Assembly: GCA_030390025.1 (NCBI GenBank)
Contig: CM059433.1
Coordinates: 11,348,001-11,412,000 of the forward strand
Source of the DNA: Squalus acanthias
Taxonomy: Eukaryota
Reading direction: 5' to 3'
DNA: 64,000 nt
The translations under genes and the position numbers were made by a program. Shown in pieces: positions 48,027 through 61,927 of this stretch. Position 1 is the first letter of the stretch, and each line of letters opens with the position of its first letter. A model generated the notes under the pieces. The model was given only the letters and a program-made list of their open reading frames with translations, was not told the origin of the DNA and ran no database searches.

Positions 48027-50172
48027 GGGTAGAAATTGTGCGAGCTTTGTCGGGTATAAAACGGGCACAAAGCACACCAATTTAGCGGTGGGATGGCCAT
48101 TCTGAGTGGGCGTTGGTCCCACTGCTAAATTCGTGGGGCCCTTTTTTTAGGCGTCATGGGAGGCGGTCTAATACAGGCATTAGTTACCTTGAATATCTTA
48201 ATGAAATACCTATCGCCCCTTCCCGAAATTGGGCTGTCCTGAAAGCAGCCGGCCCTGGGTCAGTTCGGTTCAGGATAACCAGGGTCTGCTGGAGGGGGTC
48301 ACCAGAGAGGTCACTTTGTTTAAAAATGCTCACCTGAATGTGGAGCCGGGAGGAGCAGGAGTTGCCTGTCATATTGCAGCCCCTTCCAGATCACCTCACC
48401 TCCCGATTGCCTCCGCTCCTGATCACCTCCCCTCCTGATCACCTCCCCTCCTGATCACCTTCCCCTCACGATCACCTCCCCCCTCACCAACCTGATCACC
48501 ACCCCGTCCCCCTCCCGATCACCTCCCCACCCGATCACCTCACCTCCCGATCACCTCCCCACCCGATCACCTCACCTCCCGATCACCTCCCCACCCGATC
48601 ACCTCACCTCCCGATCACCTCCCCTCCCGATCACCTCCCCTCCTGATCACCTCTCCTCCCGATCACCACCCCTCCTGATCACCTTCCCCTCACGATCACC
48701 TCCCCCCTCACCAACCTGATCACCACCCCATCCCCCTCCCGATCACCTCCCCACCCGATCACCTCCCCACCCGATCGCCTCCGCTCCTGATCACCTCCCC
48801 TCCTGATCACCTCTCCTCCTGATCACCACTCCTCCTGATCACCTTCCCCTCACGATCACCTCCCCCCTCACCAACCTGATCACCACCCCGTCCCCCTCCC
48901 GATCACCTCCCCTCCCGATCACCTCCCCTCCTGATCACCTCCCCTCCCGATCACCTCTCCTCCTGATCACCACTCCTCCTGATCACCTTCCCCTCACGAT
49001 CACCTCCCACCTCCCCACCCGATCACCTCCCCTTCAGATCGCCTCACCTCCCGATCAACTCCCCTCCCGATCGCCTCACCTCCCGATCACCTCACCTCCC
49101 GATCACCTCACCTCCCGATCACCTCACCTCCCGATCACCTCCCCTTCAGATCGCCTCACCTCCCGATCAACTCCCCTCCCGATCGCCTCCCCTCCCGATC
49201 GCCTCCCCTCCCGATCACCTCCCCTCCCGATCGCCTCCCCCCTCACCAACCTGATCACCACCCCGTCCCCCTCCCGATCACCTCCCCTCCCGATCGCCTC
49301 CCCTCCCGATCGCCTCCCCTCCCGATCGCCTCCCCTCCCGATCGCCTCCCCTCCCGATCGCCTCCCCTCCCGATCACCTCCCCTCCCGATCGCCTCCCCT
49401 CCCAATCGCCTCACCTCCCGATCACCTCCCCCCTCACCAACCTGATCACCACCCCGTCCCCCTCCCGATCAACTCCCCTCCCGATCACCTCACCTCCCGA
49501 TCACCTCCTCTCCTGATCGCCTCCCCTCCCGATCGCCTCACCTCCCGATCACCTCATCTCCCGATCACCTCCTCTCCCGATCACCTCCCCTCCTGATCGC
49601 CTCCCCTCCCGATCACCTCACCTCCTGATCACCTCACCTCCCGATCGCCTCACCTCCCGATCAACTCCCCTCCCGATCACCTCACCTCCCGCTCACCTCA
49701 CCTCCCGATCAACTCCCCTCCCGATCGCCTCACCTCCTGATCACCTCACCTCCCAATCAACTCCCCTCCCGCTCACCTCCCCTCCTGATCACCTCACCTC
49801 CCGCTCACCTCCCCTCCTGATCACCTCACCTCCCGCTCACCTCCCCTCCCGATCGCCTCACCTCCCGATCACCTCACCTCCCGATCACCTCACCTCCCGA
49901 TCACCTTCCCCTCACGATCACCTCCCCCCTCACCAACCTGATCACCACCCCTTCCCCCTCCCGATCACCTCCCCCTCCCCCGATCACCTCTCCCCTCATG
50001 ATCTTCTCCCTCAATCACCTCCCACCTCCAGATCTCCTCCCCCCCCCCCACCCTACTTGCCCAAGGCCTGCTGCCAGCGTCATAGCATTCCGAAACTGAT
50101 GTCCGCTTCACCAGCGAGCTGCCTGGGGATAACCAGCAGGTATCTGCAGCTCACCGGTCTCAATTTCGATCG
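48027..50172. mobile_element. MITE-like element carrying an expanded minisatellite
   Basis: Starts GGGTAGAAATTG; degenerate CAATTTCGATCG end; interrupts CR1 sequence. Confidence 0.5.
48390..50030. repeat. 16-bp minisatellite (GATCACCTCCCCTCCC)n, about 100 units, with higher-order variants
   Basis: Direct reading; the 16-aa periodicity GGEAIGRGGDREGRRS in a spurious ORF equals 3 units. Confidence 0.95.
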
Positions 50173-50402
50173 TACCTGGGATTGTTCCCTGCGCCCAGAT
50201 CATGGCGGCAGGCCAGTGCCATGCAACTTGTACCCCACCCGGTGTCCGCATCCCTGGATCTCACTGTTCCTCCATTCTTGTTAAGAGCCTTACCATTTAG
50301 GGTATACTTCTGTTCACTTTTCTCTTCCCCCAAAATGTGCTACCTCAAACTTCTCTGCGTTGAACTTGTAATATTTAATTCATTTTAACAACCACACACA
50401 AG

Positions 50403-50975
50403 GGGCCCAAAATTCCTCAGCCCTGCACTACTGGAACAAGTGAAGTGGAGCCGGCGCTACTGACCTCCACTGCTGACCCTGCCAGGGTATCGAGGGTTAG
50501 GGTGAGGTCAACTGCTCTGCTTATATTTAGCAGGCGCCTGCCCCAGTTTGGCGCATTTTGGCAGCTTGGGTGCCTGCTATGGAGATGTTGGGGGGGGGGG
50601 TGGAGCAGGGGCGAGGGTGGGCTCTGGAAATGCGGAAATGGATGGTCACTTGGGGTGGGGGGGGGGCTTCTGGCAGGAGGACCCCCAAGAAGTCCAATAA
50701 GAGAAGGGCCAAAAAGGCAGGTAAATGAAGTATTTCTGGGGTCTCCCAGGCCTGTCAATCCCAGTGGGCCCCACTTGCACCCTTTCATTAACCTGCATGC
50801 TGGGTTCATCCCAGTGTCCAGGTTGCTGGGTGGTAGGGAGGCTGAGGCCGAGGAAATTTCCAGTTTGGATATTCCGTCCCCTTGGCCCCCACCCCCTCCA
50901 ATACTTTGGAGCGGGGTGGGGGGGCGGTGAAGGTAGTTTCCACCCGCCCCAGGCCACATTGGAAATTAGCTGCCT
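50403..50975. mobile_element. Probable MITE
   Basis: GGGGCCCAAAATTCC start; degenerate GGAAATTAGCTGCC end. Confidence 0.4.
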
Positions 50976-52133
50976 GGATTGGGATCCATCATATCTGGAC
51001 TCTGCCCTATTCTCCTCAGGTGAAACTGCACCTTTGACCTCGTGCCCTGGGGATATTCGGATGGAGACGGCTTGACTATTGAAAACTGGGTTTCAAAATG
51101 GTACCCATTCATTGTCAGAATTTTTAACAGTATGATGTTGCTATAGTGATTTACCTGCAGGGGTAAATTCTTTAATATGGTTCCTGCACCTTTCCAAAGT
51201 GAAAGCAATTGCATTTTCATTATAATGCTGTCAAGTGTCTTCACCTGATTTCGCACCTCTTACATTAATTAGACGCTCCACATACCTAAATGGACTTTAT
51301 CCAATTGTTACATTCAAAAGGCATCAACTCAGACCCTGGAGGCATCAAGATTGGGGCAACCCAGGAATCGGTTCTTGGTCTCTTGTTTGTATATTAATGA
51401 ACTGCCTAATTGTTGTTCAAAGTTCCTAATGTCTACTGCTAGCACTGCCAATAACTAGTTGCATCGAGTGTTCTGCTTAATGAAATATCTACTGTTACCA
51501 GCTGGCTGTTTAAGAAAATCAAAATTTTCAAATGTATAAAACAACTACTAGTACCAGGCAGCTAAATGGCACGATGTATTGGCGCTCTAACGCACTTTGC
51601 CACAGACTAGGGTGATGTAGCATTGCTACAGCAGTTGCCCAAACTGTATCCTCAGGGAGTGGGTGAACAGCGGCTCCGCATCTGACAGGGAGAGAGAGAT
51701 AATTGTCATGCACCTCTCTCAGGCTGCGCTCACATGCTACCTACTGGCCAGCTGAAGAGTTGCATGGAAGGTTTCTGGGAGCAAGTTATTGTCTTAGTGA
51801 AGAAAAGATGCTCGATATGTTTACAGTGAGATGTACAATAGCGGGACAGGAAAAATAGGACCTGTTTAAACTACTGGTTCTGAACATAAATGGAACCACG
51901 AGAAGCAACTTGGTAAAATAAGCTTAACTCATCATTCTTTCACATTACAGCTTGTGTATCTGACAAATTTTCAGCTTTTATAATACGCTTAGCTCAACTG
52001 CTATTCTTTCGTTCATTATGAAAGTGTTGCATGACTTAAACCTTCCCAGCCACTTATTATTGCAATTGGAATTCTTTATAACGGAGCATCAAAAACACAT
52101 CTTTTAGTTCTCGGTGTATTTGCGAAGTGCTAA

Positions 52134-52300
52134 GGGGGTGAAATTCAACTTCAGCCGGGGCACAAACGAATGGTGGGGATCAGCCGCCTGTTATGCACCC
52201 CGCTTGATTTTCCATTTTGAAGTCAACGGAACGGAAAATCGGGTGGGTGCACAGCGAACGGCAAATCCGCGACCGTCCGTTTTAGGCCCCCGCTGAATTC
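52134..52300. mobile_element. Short palindromic MITE
   Basis: gggggtgaaattcaacttcagc start; internal gattttcc/ggaaaatc symmetry; homologous to the host of the solo LTR. Confidence 0.6.
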
Positions 52301-52659
52301 ACGCTTGAAGGAAGGAACTCCACATAAATACTCCGATTCTCGATAACTTAGCCTCACTGTCCTTACAAATAAATGTCATGAATTATCCCTTTCAAACAGT
52401 AAACCACTTGGAGTTAAACATATAAACGTACTGACTATGAGTTCTTCACAATCGGCACATTTTATTCCAAGATGTCATGAACTGTGAACCAATTCTCTGT
52501 AAGTGGTGGGTACACGTGAAATATTTTATTTTTATATTTTGTTAAGCCCATGTTTGCTTGCAGTTCATTCACATATCATCCTTCGTAGTAAATATAAACA
52601 ACAAAAAAAATCATTTTGAAAACTTTTTATAACGGGCTGAGTCCACCATAAGCTGAATG

Positions 52660-52911
52660 TACACAGGATTACATCGGATATACGGCACAGAAACAGGCCA
52701 TTCGGCCCAACCAGTCCATGCCGGCGTTTATGCTCCACACGAGCCTCCCCCCGTCTTTCCTCATCTAAATCTATCAGCATAACCCTCTATTCCCTTCTCC
52801 CTCATATGCTTGTCCAGCCTCCCTTTAAATCCATCTATACTATTCGCTTCAACCACTCCCTGTGGTAGCGGGTTCCACATTCTCACCACTCTTTGGGTAA
52901 AGAAGTTTCTT
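52660..52911 (-). mobile_element. CR1-type 3' fragment
   Basis: Same family as 4093-4375. Confidence 0.85.
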
Positions 52912-53046
52912 TACTACTATGTACTACCAGACGGTGTATTGTTACAAAATGTTAATATTGCTTTGTTTATTAACAGGCCAGATAACTAATAGCCTTTAGA
53001 ATCTACACTTCTCAGTTAGATTTTTATTTTCATTAAAGACTTTAAA

Positions 53047-53504
53047 GGGGGAAGAACTCGATTGCTTTGCGCCTCCGTTAGCACCCCGAGCACCTAGTGC
53101 CCGGGCGCGGCGTCGCTATCGCCTCCCGCGAAATTCAGCTGGAGGTTAGCGGCAGCAGTAGCCGGTAGCGCCCCGTGGTGTTGCACCTCCGGCAATGGCG
53201 TCATCGTCATGCGCAGTGCCCACTCGCGCCCCGGCCGCAAACTTCGCTCGCGCCCCCTGACCAACCGCCGGACGCTATGTCCGACAGGGTCAGGGTGCCG
53301 TGTTTGCGGCCGGGGCGGCGCAAATTAAAGGGCAGGTGGAGCCACAATATTCCATGGGAGCGCCCCAAGAGGGAGGGGGAGCGCTTCCAATAGCGCCCTG
53401 CCTCCTGCTTGGGGTGCTACCATTCAATTTCGGGCGCGGGGGAGCAACTTTTTTGGGGCGCTAAAAGTAGCGCCCCAAAGAGGGCACGACCCAATTTTTC
53501 CCCC
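53047..53504. mobile_element. MITE related to 30851-31743 (opposite orientation)
   Basis: Reverse complement of the end, gggggaaaaattgggtcgtgccctctttggggcgc, matches the start of the 30851 element. Confidence 0.7.
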
Positions 53505-53565
53505 AATTTTCATATGCTTAACCTACATTGAGTTGTAGTGGAAGAATTCAACATGGCAGATAATA

Positions 53566-53842
53566 AGAAGAAAGAAAGAACTTGCATTTATATAGCGCTT
53601 TTCATAACCTCACAGTGTCCCAAAGCACTTCACAGCTAATGAAGTACTTTTGATGTGTAGTCACTGTTATAATGTAGGAAAACACAGCAGTCAGTTTCAC
53701 ACAGCAGGGTCCCAAAAATAGCATTGAGATAAATGAAAAAGTCATTTTTTTATTTACTGATGTTGGTTGAGAGATACATGTTGACCAGGACACTGGCAGT
53801 ACTGCCCTGCTCTTCTTTAAATAGTGCCACGGGACCTTTTAT
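53566..53842 (-). mobile_element. Deu-SINE 3' half
   Basis: aaagaacttgcatttatatagcg tail. Confidence 0.75.
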
Positions 53843-55257
53843 ATTTTTAAATTGTTGCAAGGATACGATTTGTCAAAAATCCAACGCTCAAAAAAAATAT
53901 TATGGCACACTCAATCGTTTGCACCGAGTTTTTCCATGAACGGTTTTTTAATGAAAGCCATGCTTGCCGTGGCAAAATTACCAAGTCAAAGATTTAGACC
54001 CAAATGTCTGTGACTCTCCAGAGTGAGCCATTTTTTGGCAAAGGGCTGAAAACTGGGCCAGAACCCGGACAGCCCGAGACCCTGCCCTTATGTCAGGGAT
54101 TCCATGCTGGCCTATTGGGGGCAGAGCGTCCTCCTGCCCTAAACATGGTCATCGGTGTAAGAGGGGCCAGTGCATCGGGAGTTCCCACTCTTCCGGCCTT
54201 CAATGGGGCTCAGTGGAAGTACATCAGACCTTACAAAGGGACCATAGGCACACTTCTTTTGTCCTTTCCGAGAAGGGGGGAACAGGAAAACAAGTTATAA
54301 CCACTCCCCAGCCACATTTTTCAGCTTCTTCGGTGGATGAGCACCCAAGACGCACACCCAGTGGCGTGGGCGCCAGGCATTGCACCTCTCCCTCACCTCA
54401 TGCAGATTTTCAGGGCCTTAAAGTCTTGATTCCCTCTTGTTCCAATGGAGCAGTTAATGCTACTCCTGGATTCCTCATATTTCTGGGGGTGATAAAGATA
54501 AAGATCGCCTCCATCACTCTAAGTGCCCTCCAGTATGAGCTACCCAATGTGTGAGTACTTTCGTGGTGCGCTCATGCAGCACAATAGTACACAATATGAA
54601 GGACATCTATCTAGGCAAAGAAACACAAAGAAACACATCCTTGCTATGACTTGGAGATGAAGGAACTGCAATAACTTACGCTTGGGAAGATATGTTTGCA
54701 ATGGCAAACAGGAACAACTTCATTAAACAGCATTTCAGTTGAAGAAACACCTCTTTGCAGTGTGACTACCATCAATTATTTGCCTATCTGTCCTTAAGTT
54801 AACCAATTGCCACAAGCATATTTAAATTTTAGTCCCACTTTGCTTGCATAAGGGTGATCCACTTGATCAATATCTTTGTCCACCATCCGACATTTCCTTC
54901 TGTGGTCAGAATTCCAATCTCTGATGCAACTTCAAAGAAAAGCAGGAGCAAAATAATTTATTGCAAATGAAATTGACGGGGCGGATTTTTCTCTCTTATG
55001 TTCCTTCAGAATGCCCGGTCCCAGGCATAAAGAAGAGGAAAAAGGAACAGAGATCCGTCATGCTGGGTCTCCACTCCCGTTGTATTGCCCAGGGATTTCC
55101 TGGGGATCCACGAAAGTTGATGGTCTGGCTGCCCCTGGAGCACGAGCAAGGAAGGAGCAGCTATGTAACTGAGACAAGGGAACGCTAACACAGCCCTCTG
55201 CCTCATTTTGCTCCATGTTCGCCAGCCAGGCACCCAGATGGAGGGTTGACCAGAAGA

Positions 55258-55534
55258 AGAACAGCAGGAGCATGGGAACACCATCACCTCCAAGTTCCCC
55301 TCCAAGTCACACCCCATCCTGACTTGGAAGTATATCAGCCGTTCCTTCATCGTCGCTGGGTCAAAATCCTGGAACCCCCTTCCTAACAGCACTGTGGGAG
55401 TGCCTTGACTACACGGATCGCAGCGCTTCAAGAAGGCGGTTCACCACCACCTTCTCAAGGGCAATTAGAGATGGGCAATAAATGCTGGCCTTGCCAGTGA
55501 CGCCCACATCCCATGAATGAATTTAAAAAAAAAT
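55258..55534 (+). mobile_element. YSPLAWMSAA-family LINE 3' end
   Basis: Matches the reverse complement of 58763-59040; ends gaatttaaaaaaaaa. Confidence 0.85.
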
Positions 55535-56927
55535 TGACGGTAGTCCATGCGCCTGGCCCGCCTCATATTGGAGGATCTGAGACAGCCAGCTAGCAATGCC
55601 AGGGTGGTGCCATTCCTTTCTTAACAGGTCCCCAATGGATCTTGAGGGCTGGAGGCATTCTGGTTGCTGTTTTGTACAAGGGGCAGGCCTGTACATGGGG
55701 AATGTTGAATCAATGCTAATGACCTGAACCCAGAAATCCAAGCGAGTTCAGATCATGTCAGGCACAATACACTTCAGGTGTGGTCCGTCTGACCTGAGCC
55801 CAATTATGGGGTTGGGTGGAATATCGGGACCATATATTTCTATTTGTTGTATTTGTTGTAACGGCCTGACTGTGACCCCTGTGAGTTCCCTGTACTGTTA
55901 ATACCATTGAAGGAAAGACTCATATTTATGTCGCAATATATCGTTTGGGATGCAGAGCTGATGCAGGGATCAGCAGCACCTTGAATGCCTGGAAGTGGCT
56001 TGAGCTTTTTTAGTAGAGGTCTCAGCGTTTTCAGTAGATGTAACAAGATGCTGTCTGTGTCATTATAGACACATCATTTACTTGACAGCCAGTGTCCTAC
56101 CACAGTACAAACTTTGGGGTGTTTTGTTTGGCAGATGCTAAATGCTGTCATTAATCTGTCTGAGACCACGTTGAACGACGCTCCTCACCTCTGCCAAACC
56201 ATTCCTTAGCAATGACCACAATGGCTTCAATGGAAAAGAAAATCGGGCAGTTTTTATAAAGGGCGGCCGATCTGCAATGCCAGTTTAACGGCCGGTCAGT
56301 TGAGAATCTATCCTGTGGTATCCTGTATGCTCTGTAACTCCAGTTGGTCTTTAGTTACCCATGAAAGAAGATGCACATTGGCAATGTAAGATAAAATACC
56401 CAGAATTACACATTCACTGAAAGGAACTAATGTACCACATGTCGCATTTCTTACACATCAGGAGGATTTAATATCTGTCTTAATATTATCTGCTATTTCC
56501 CACCATATGCATGTATGTAGAAACAACAGATTGGGCTAAAACATACTAAAGTCAGCGATGGTGCCTCTCAAATCAACCTCTGCACTGTCCTCCAACAACA
56601 ACACAACTTGTATTTATATAGCGCCTTTAACGTAGTTAAACGTCCCAAGGCGTTTCTCGGGAGGCTTGTAATCTTCAACTCTGCCAGTTTCAAGTCGTTC
56701 ACTTATGTAGATCCAGCTTCAGTCCTTCTTTTGGCTTTCCACTTGAACAAACTTTTTCCTTGCTGGTTCCTCCAGTTCATTAAATCTTCTGCCACACCCT
56801 CTTGTTTCAATATCTGTACAACTATATCCCCGGCCTCCTTCCTGGTCTTTGGGTTTGACTCCAGTGCCATGTACAGTGGCACCATTCACCATGCCCTCCT
56901 CCACTAACAGATTTACCTCTTGTTCTA

Positions 56928-57392
56928 CTACAACAACAACAACGTGCACTTATCTAGCACCTCAACGTAGTAAAACGTCCCAAGCGACTTCACACGAGTC
57001 TAATCAGACAAAACTTGACACCGAGCCAAATAGGAAGATATTAGGACAGGTGACCAAGCAGTTTGATCAAGTAGGTAGGTTTTAAGGAGCATCTTAAAGG
57101 AGAAGAGAGAGGTGAAGAGGCGGGGAGGTTTAGAGAGGGAATTCCAGAGCTTAGGGCCTAGGCAGCTGAAAGAACGGCTGTCAGTGGAGCAAGAGGCCAG
57201 AATTGGAGGAGCGGCAGCGATCTCGGAGGGTTGCCGGGCTGGAGGAGGTTACAGAGATAGGGAGGGGCGAGGCCATGGAGGGATTTGAAAACAAGGATGA
57301 GAATTTTTTAGATCAGCCAATATCGTCAGCGAGCACCACAGGGGTGATGGGCAAATGGGACTTGGTGCGAATTAGGATACGGGCAGCAGAGT
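56928..57392 (-). mobile_element. L2 3' fragment
   Basis: (CAA)n tail, ggaattccagagcttagggcc, ggatttgaaaacaaggatgagaatt. Confidence 0.8.
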
Positions 57393-58762
57393 TCAGTGAC
57401 CTCTTGTTTCACTGATATTTTGTATTTAACTTTCCCCACTCTCTAAGCGTACAGTTATTGAAAGGAGTCCTGGGCCTCTTTCTACTTCATTTTAGGTGCT
57501 TAACATTGATTAACTCACTACCACTAGGAAATTAAGATCTAACCGAGGTGAAAAAAGAGTTTCAAACATCTTGGTAAAAATCTATATACAATCACCACCT
57601 CAGCTCAACTAACATTGACTCTATTCCGCCCAGTTGAACACTCTCTCAAGGTCCAGTGATAAGAACATAAGAAATAGGAGCAGGAAGAGGCCACTTGGCC
57701 CCTCGAGCCTGCTCCGCCATTTCATAGAACATTCCTGTCCATGCCTCAGGTTGTTTGCCAGGATTTGGAGCATTCGAACATTGAGTTCTAATAAGGGGCC
57801 CATTAAAGTATGCTTCTGGTTTTGAAGATTTACTTCAATTATAAATATTATAACGAGGATTACTGAAAGTGCTGTGCATTCTCCACAAGTAATTCATACC
57901 ATAGGTCAGTTTAGGGCAAAACCAACTCTGGCACAGCTGCGGTTGCAAGTTAAGTTATGTGAACAATTAAAGGTGCTTTCATCAAAGTTTGTAATTCTGG
58001 CTTCTTGCTCCTCTGACAGCCATCGCCGTGTTCGTGCCTCTTTTCTTTCCATGGTGAATGTGGATATCTTTATTTTCCCACCATCCCCTCCACATCATCT
58101 CAGCAGCCTGTTAGTTCCATCTGTAGTATTTTGATGCCAGCTTGTTACACTTTTCAGGTATCCTTGCTGCCTGATTAAGAGTTTCTTCCCTCATGAATCC
58201 GTTTTATGACACGCCAAAGACCGTGAGGTGCACGAGCACTTAATCTCCTTTTTTACACGGCAGCTGCTAATTTGGGGTTTTTTTTGGTTACTGAATCAGC
58301 AGCTGTTCCAATTTAAAAAAAAGGCATTGTGTCAACGGTACAAAACTGTTCACTCTGCTGTTGCTGTGTTGCAAAAAAAAAACCCTGCCCACCTCCACAG
58401 TCAGATTAAAACGGGCCGAGAATCAAGTGATTTTTAATCGGCTTGTGTAAGCAAGTGGATTCAAATCCCTGCTTGTCTCTCTACCCTGCTGTACCACACA
58501 CTGCATGCATCAGACTGTAACTCTGATACCGTGCAACGCATGCACTGCTTCAGGAAGGGTGTGCCCTGCAAAAAAGACTGAACTGCATCTCCCAGGTAAA
58601 CAGGAGTTGCACAGTCACTCAGTTGGGCCACTGGTAAAGAAATTGCGCGCGCTATGCTTTGCAAAGCATATTTAATTCATTGCATTGTACCTCCCAGAGC
58701 GACAGGCTGAAGATAGGTCTCCATAGCACACTATCCAGTTAGTACAAGCTCAGCAGGGGAAA

Positions 58763-59485
58763 TTTCTTTTTTTATTCGTTCATGGGATGTGGGCGTCGCT
58801 GGCAAGGCCAGCATTTATTGCCCATCCCTAATTGTCCTTGAGAAGGTGGTGGTGAGCCGCCTTCTTGAACCGCTGCAGTCCGTCTGGTGAAGGTACTCCC
58901 ACAGTGCTGTTAGGGAGGGAATTCCAGGATTTTGACACAGCGATGATGAAAGATTGGCGATATACTTCTAAGTCAGGATGGTGTGTGACTTGGAGGGGAA
59001 CTTGGTGATGCTGGTGTTCCCATGCGTCTGCTGCCCTTGTCCTTCTAGGTGGAAGAGGTCGCGGGTTTGGGAGGTGTTGCCGAAGAAGCCTTGGCGAGTT
59101 GCTGCAGTGCATCTTGTAGATGGTACACACTGCAGCCACGGTACGCCGGTGATGGAGGGAGTGAATGTTTAAGGTGGTGGATGGGGTGCCAATCAAGCGG
59201 GCTGCTTTGTCCTGGATGGTGTCGAGCTTCTTGGGAGTTGTTGGAGCTGCACTCATCCAGGCAAGTGGAGAGTATTCCATCACACTCCTTACTTGTGCCT
59301 TGTAAATGGTGGAAAGGCTTTGGGGAGTCATGAGGTGAGACACTCGCCGCAGAATTCCTAGCCTCTGACCTGCTCTTGTTGCCACAGTATTTATGTGGCT
59401 GGTCCAGTTAAGTTTCTGGTCAATGGTGACCTCCAGGATATTGAGTGTGGGGGATTCGCGATGGTAATGCCGTTGAATGTCAAGG
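58763..59485 (-). mobile_element. Non-LTR retrotransposon 3' fragment (YSPLAWMSAA family)
   Basis: 185-aa ORF RAGQRLGILRR...YKAQVRSVMEYSPLAW...WNSLP. Confidence 0.88.
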
Positions 59486-60769
59486 AATGTTAAGAAATGT
59501 TATCTTTTGTCTTGGATGGGGATCACATATGGAGCTTGTGTGAATTTAGCTTTGCAGACATCACCGATCTCAGAAATAATGTGATTGAAGCAAAGTCCCG
59601 TGTAATGCATTGGATGTTGGACATTGGCTATTTGTATGGTTGACAAGAATATGTAAAACACAAACTGAATTAATCTGTGAAAGAGGATACGCGTCTAGAA
59701 TAAGGAAAATATTGACTCTTTTTTTAGAAGACAAGTAATTCTTTGAACAAGCTGAGTGATGTCCCCCATAGGCAAGACGAGTTTTACGTTCCCCCTGCTC
59801 CAGTTCAGGTTTTGGGCATCCGCATGATTTTGTTGCGAGACATTAAGTAAATAAGAATAATTGATTTTGACAGTCGTGTTTGAAAGCCCCTGGTTAGGCC
59901 AACAAAAAGCAATAAAAGAGGGCTCACTATCGACCATTTTGGCTACAACGCAGCTGCAAAGGACGATGGCAGTAAAGATTATCTTTTCACTGCGCTTGTG
60001 CAATCGTGTTTTAAAAAACTGGATGCCGATTTTTTTTCTTTTGGAGGCCAATCAAGCCCTTCCAATTCAGCCCCAGATCTTGAACAGGTGCAGCCTGCCC
60101 ATATTAAAAATGGTTATTAGGCAAAACTCACTCTGTACGAGCCAGGCTGAACATCTGTGCCTATTAGCCTGAGCACAAAAGGAAAGGCCTCCCATGGAAA
60201 CCTGAGCAGTGAATGCGTGAAAGAGGCATCACAGCACAATAATGCAGCCTGATTTAAAGCCTTTGCCACAGCCTGTAATTAGCATTTGAAAAAAAAAATC
60301 AATCTGTTTGAGGCAAAGGATTTTTAAATTAAGAGAGAAGTACATTAATTTGAGTCTTCTGCATCAAATAGCGAGTATATCTAGATGTAATTTAAGGGGG
60401 TTCGGTTACTTGTCTAATTCAGCACTTTCCGATTACTATCTGCACTTCTGTACGAATTACATGTATATATGCAACGTTTGGTACTTTTATGGTAGAGAAG
60501 ATTATTTTGTAAATTTGAAACAGCATAAGTAATTTTTTCAGGAGCTCTGCTGTGGAATATTAATTGAGAATATATACGGACAGATGGTATTCAAGCCGAG
60601 TATTGAAATACGGAAAACGAGCTGAATATACAAATACTTTGATTAAATAATTAGAATCTGCACCTTTTATCTTCAAGTCAGTGTGAGACAGCAGAAAATC
60701 CAATGTGCTCTGACATTAACTAAACTTGATGCCCATGTAAGAATTTTTTCTACAAGTAATTCTGGTGCA

Positions 60770-60935
60770 CAAGTAGAAACAGAAAATGATGGAGACAAGA
60801 CAGCAGATTTGTCAGCCTCTGTAAAGTTAATATTGGAGGGTGTAGATCAGAACTCAAGCTATCTGTCTGTTGCCGCTGTATACTTCCAGCATTTTCTGGC
60901 ATTTTTTGAATTTCAGATTTCGAATATTTGTCCTC
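60770..60935. mobile_element. Degenerate Penelope-like terminal remnants (inverted)
   Basis: acagaaaatgatgg...ccagcattttctg...atttcagattt resembles 697-1166. Confidence 0.45.
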
Positions 60936-61254
60936 CACTTCAGGCAACTTTTATTGCTGATATTTTGTGTTGCTCAGCCCACCAACTTTTTCAGAGAATT
61001 AAAGTAAATCTATGATGAAAGAAAAAACAGTGGCTGTCTTGTTTGAAGTGTATCTGACAGATATTAGTGACAACATCACTCCTTGTATGCACCAAAATAT
61101 ATAAGAAATCTGTTACTATTCATTTCACTGGGAAACTGAATTCATTCAAATGTACTTGTCCTAAATACATTGTTCCCACATGGTGTATATTTCCAAACAC
61201 TTTACTAGACTGGAGAGCTATTGTGTTACCATTCTGGACTGATGAAAGAAAAAT

Positions 61255-61927
61255 AAAAGAAACTGCATTTATATAGCGCCTTTCACAGCATCAGTACGTC
61301 CCAAAGTGCTTTACAGCCGATGAAGTAGGTTTGAATTTTAGTCACTGTTGTAATGTAGGAACTGCAGCAGCCAATTTGAGTACAGCAAGCTCCAAAAAAG
61401 AACAATGTGATAATGACCAGGTAATGGCCCGGAATTTGCACTCAAAAAACTGTTTTTTTAGTGATGTTGGATCGAGGAATAAATATTGTCCAGGACACTG
61501 GGGATAGCTCCCTTGTTCTTCTTCCAAATCGTGCCATGGGGATCTTTTACATCCACCATGAGGAAAAACTTTTTCACCCAGAGGGTGGTTGGAATCTGGA
61601 ACTCACTGCCTGAAAGGGTGGTAGAGACAGGAACCCTCACAACATTCAAGAAGCATTTAGATGAGCACTTGAAACGCCATAGCATACAAGGCTACGGACC
61701 AAGTGCTGGAAAATGGGATTAGAATAGACAGGGCTTGATGGCCGGCGCGGACACGATGGGCCGAAGGGCCTCTTTCTGTGCTGTATAACTCTATGACTCT
61801 ATGACCTGAGAGGGCAGATGGGGCCTCGGTTTAATGTCTCATCCGAAAGACGGCACCTCCGACAGTGTAGCAATCCCTCAGTACCGCACTGAAGTGTAAA
61901 CCTAGATTATGCGCTCAAATCCCTGGA
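61255..61927 (-). mobile_element. Deu-SINE interrupted by a CR1 3' fragment (about 61557-61804, + strand)
   Basis: SINE ttttacatccac|ctgagagggcag is split by MRKNFFTQRVVGIWNSLP plus (ctctatga)n. Confidence 0.85.

Noticed and set aside
48390..50030. Regular repeat array as CRISPR, or the ORF 49124-49414 as a repetitive protein
   Set aside because: Head-to-tail 16-mers with no unique spacers and no cas genes; the ORF periodicity is a by-product of the repeat.
56660..56915. Coding-looking minus-strand ORFs as a host exon
   Set aside because: No convincing splice sites; bracketed by L2 tails; more like a decayed retroelement C-terminal fragment.
59884..60119. Open frame TIDHFGYNAAAKDDGSKDYLF as an exon
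   Set aside because: No recognisable homology or clear splice boundaries; the length is within chance expectation.
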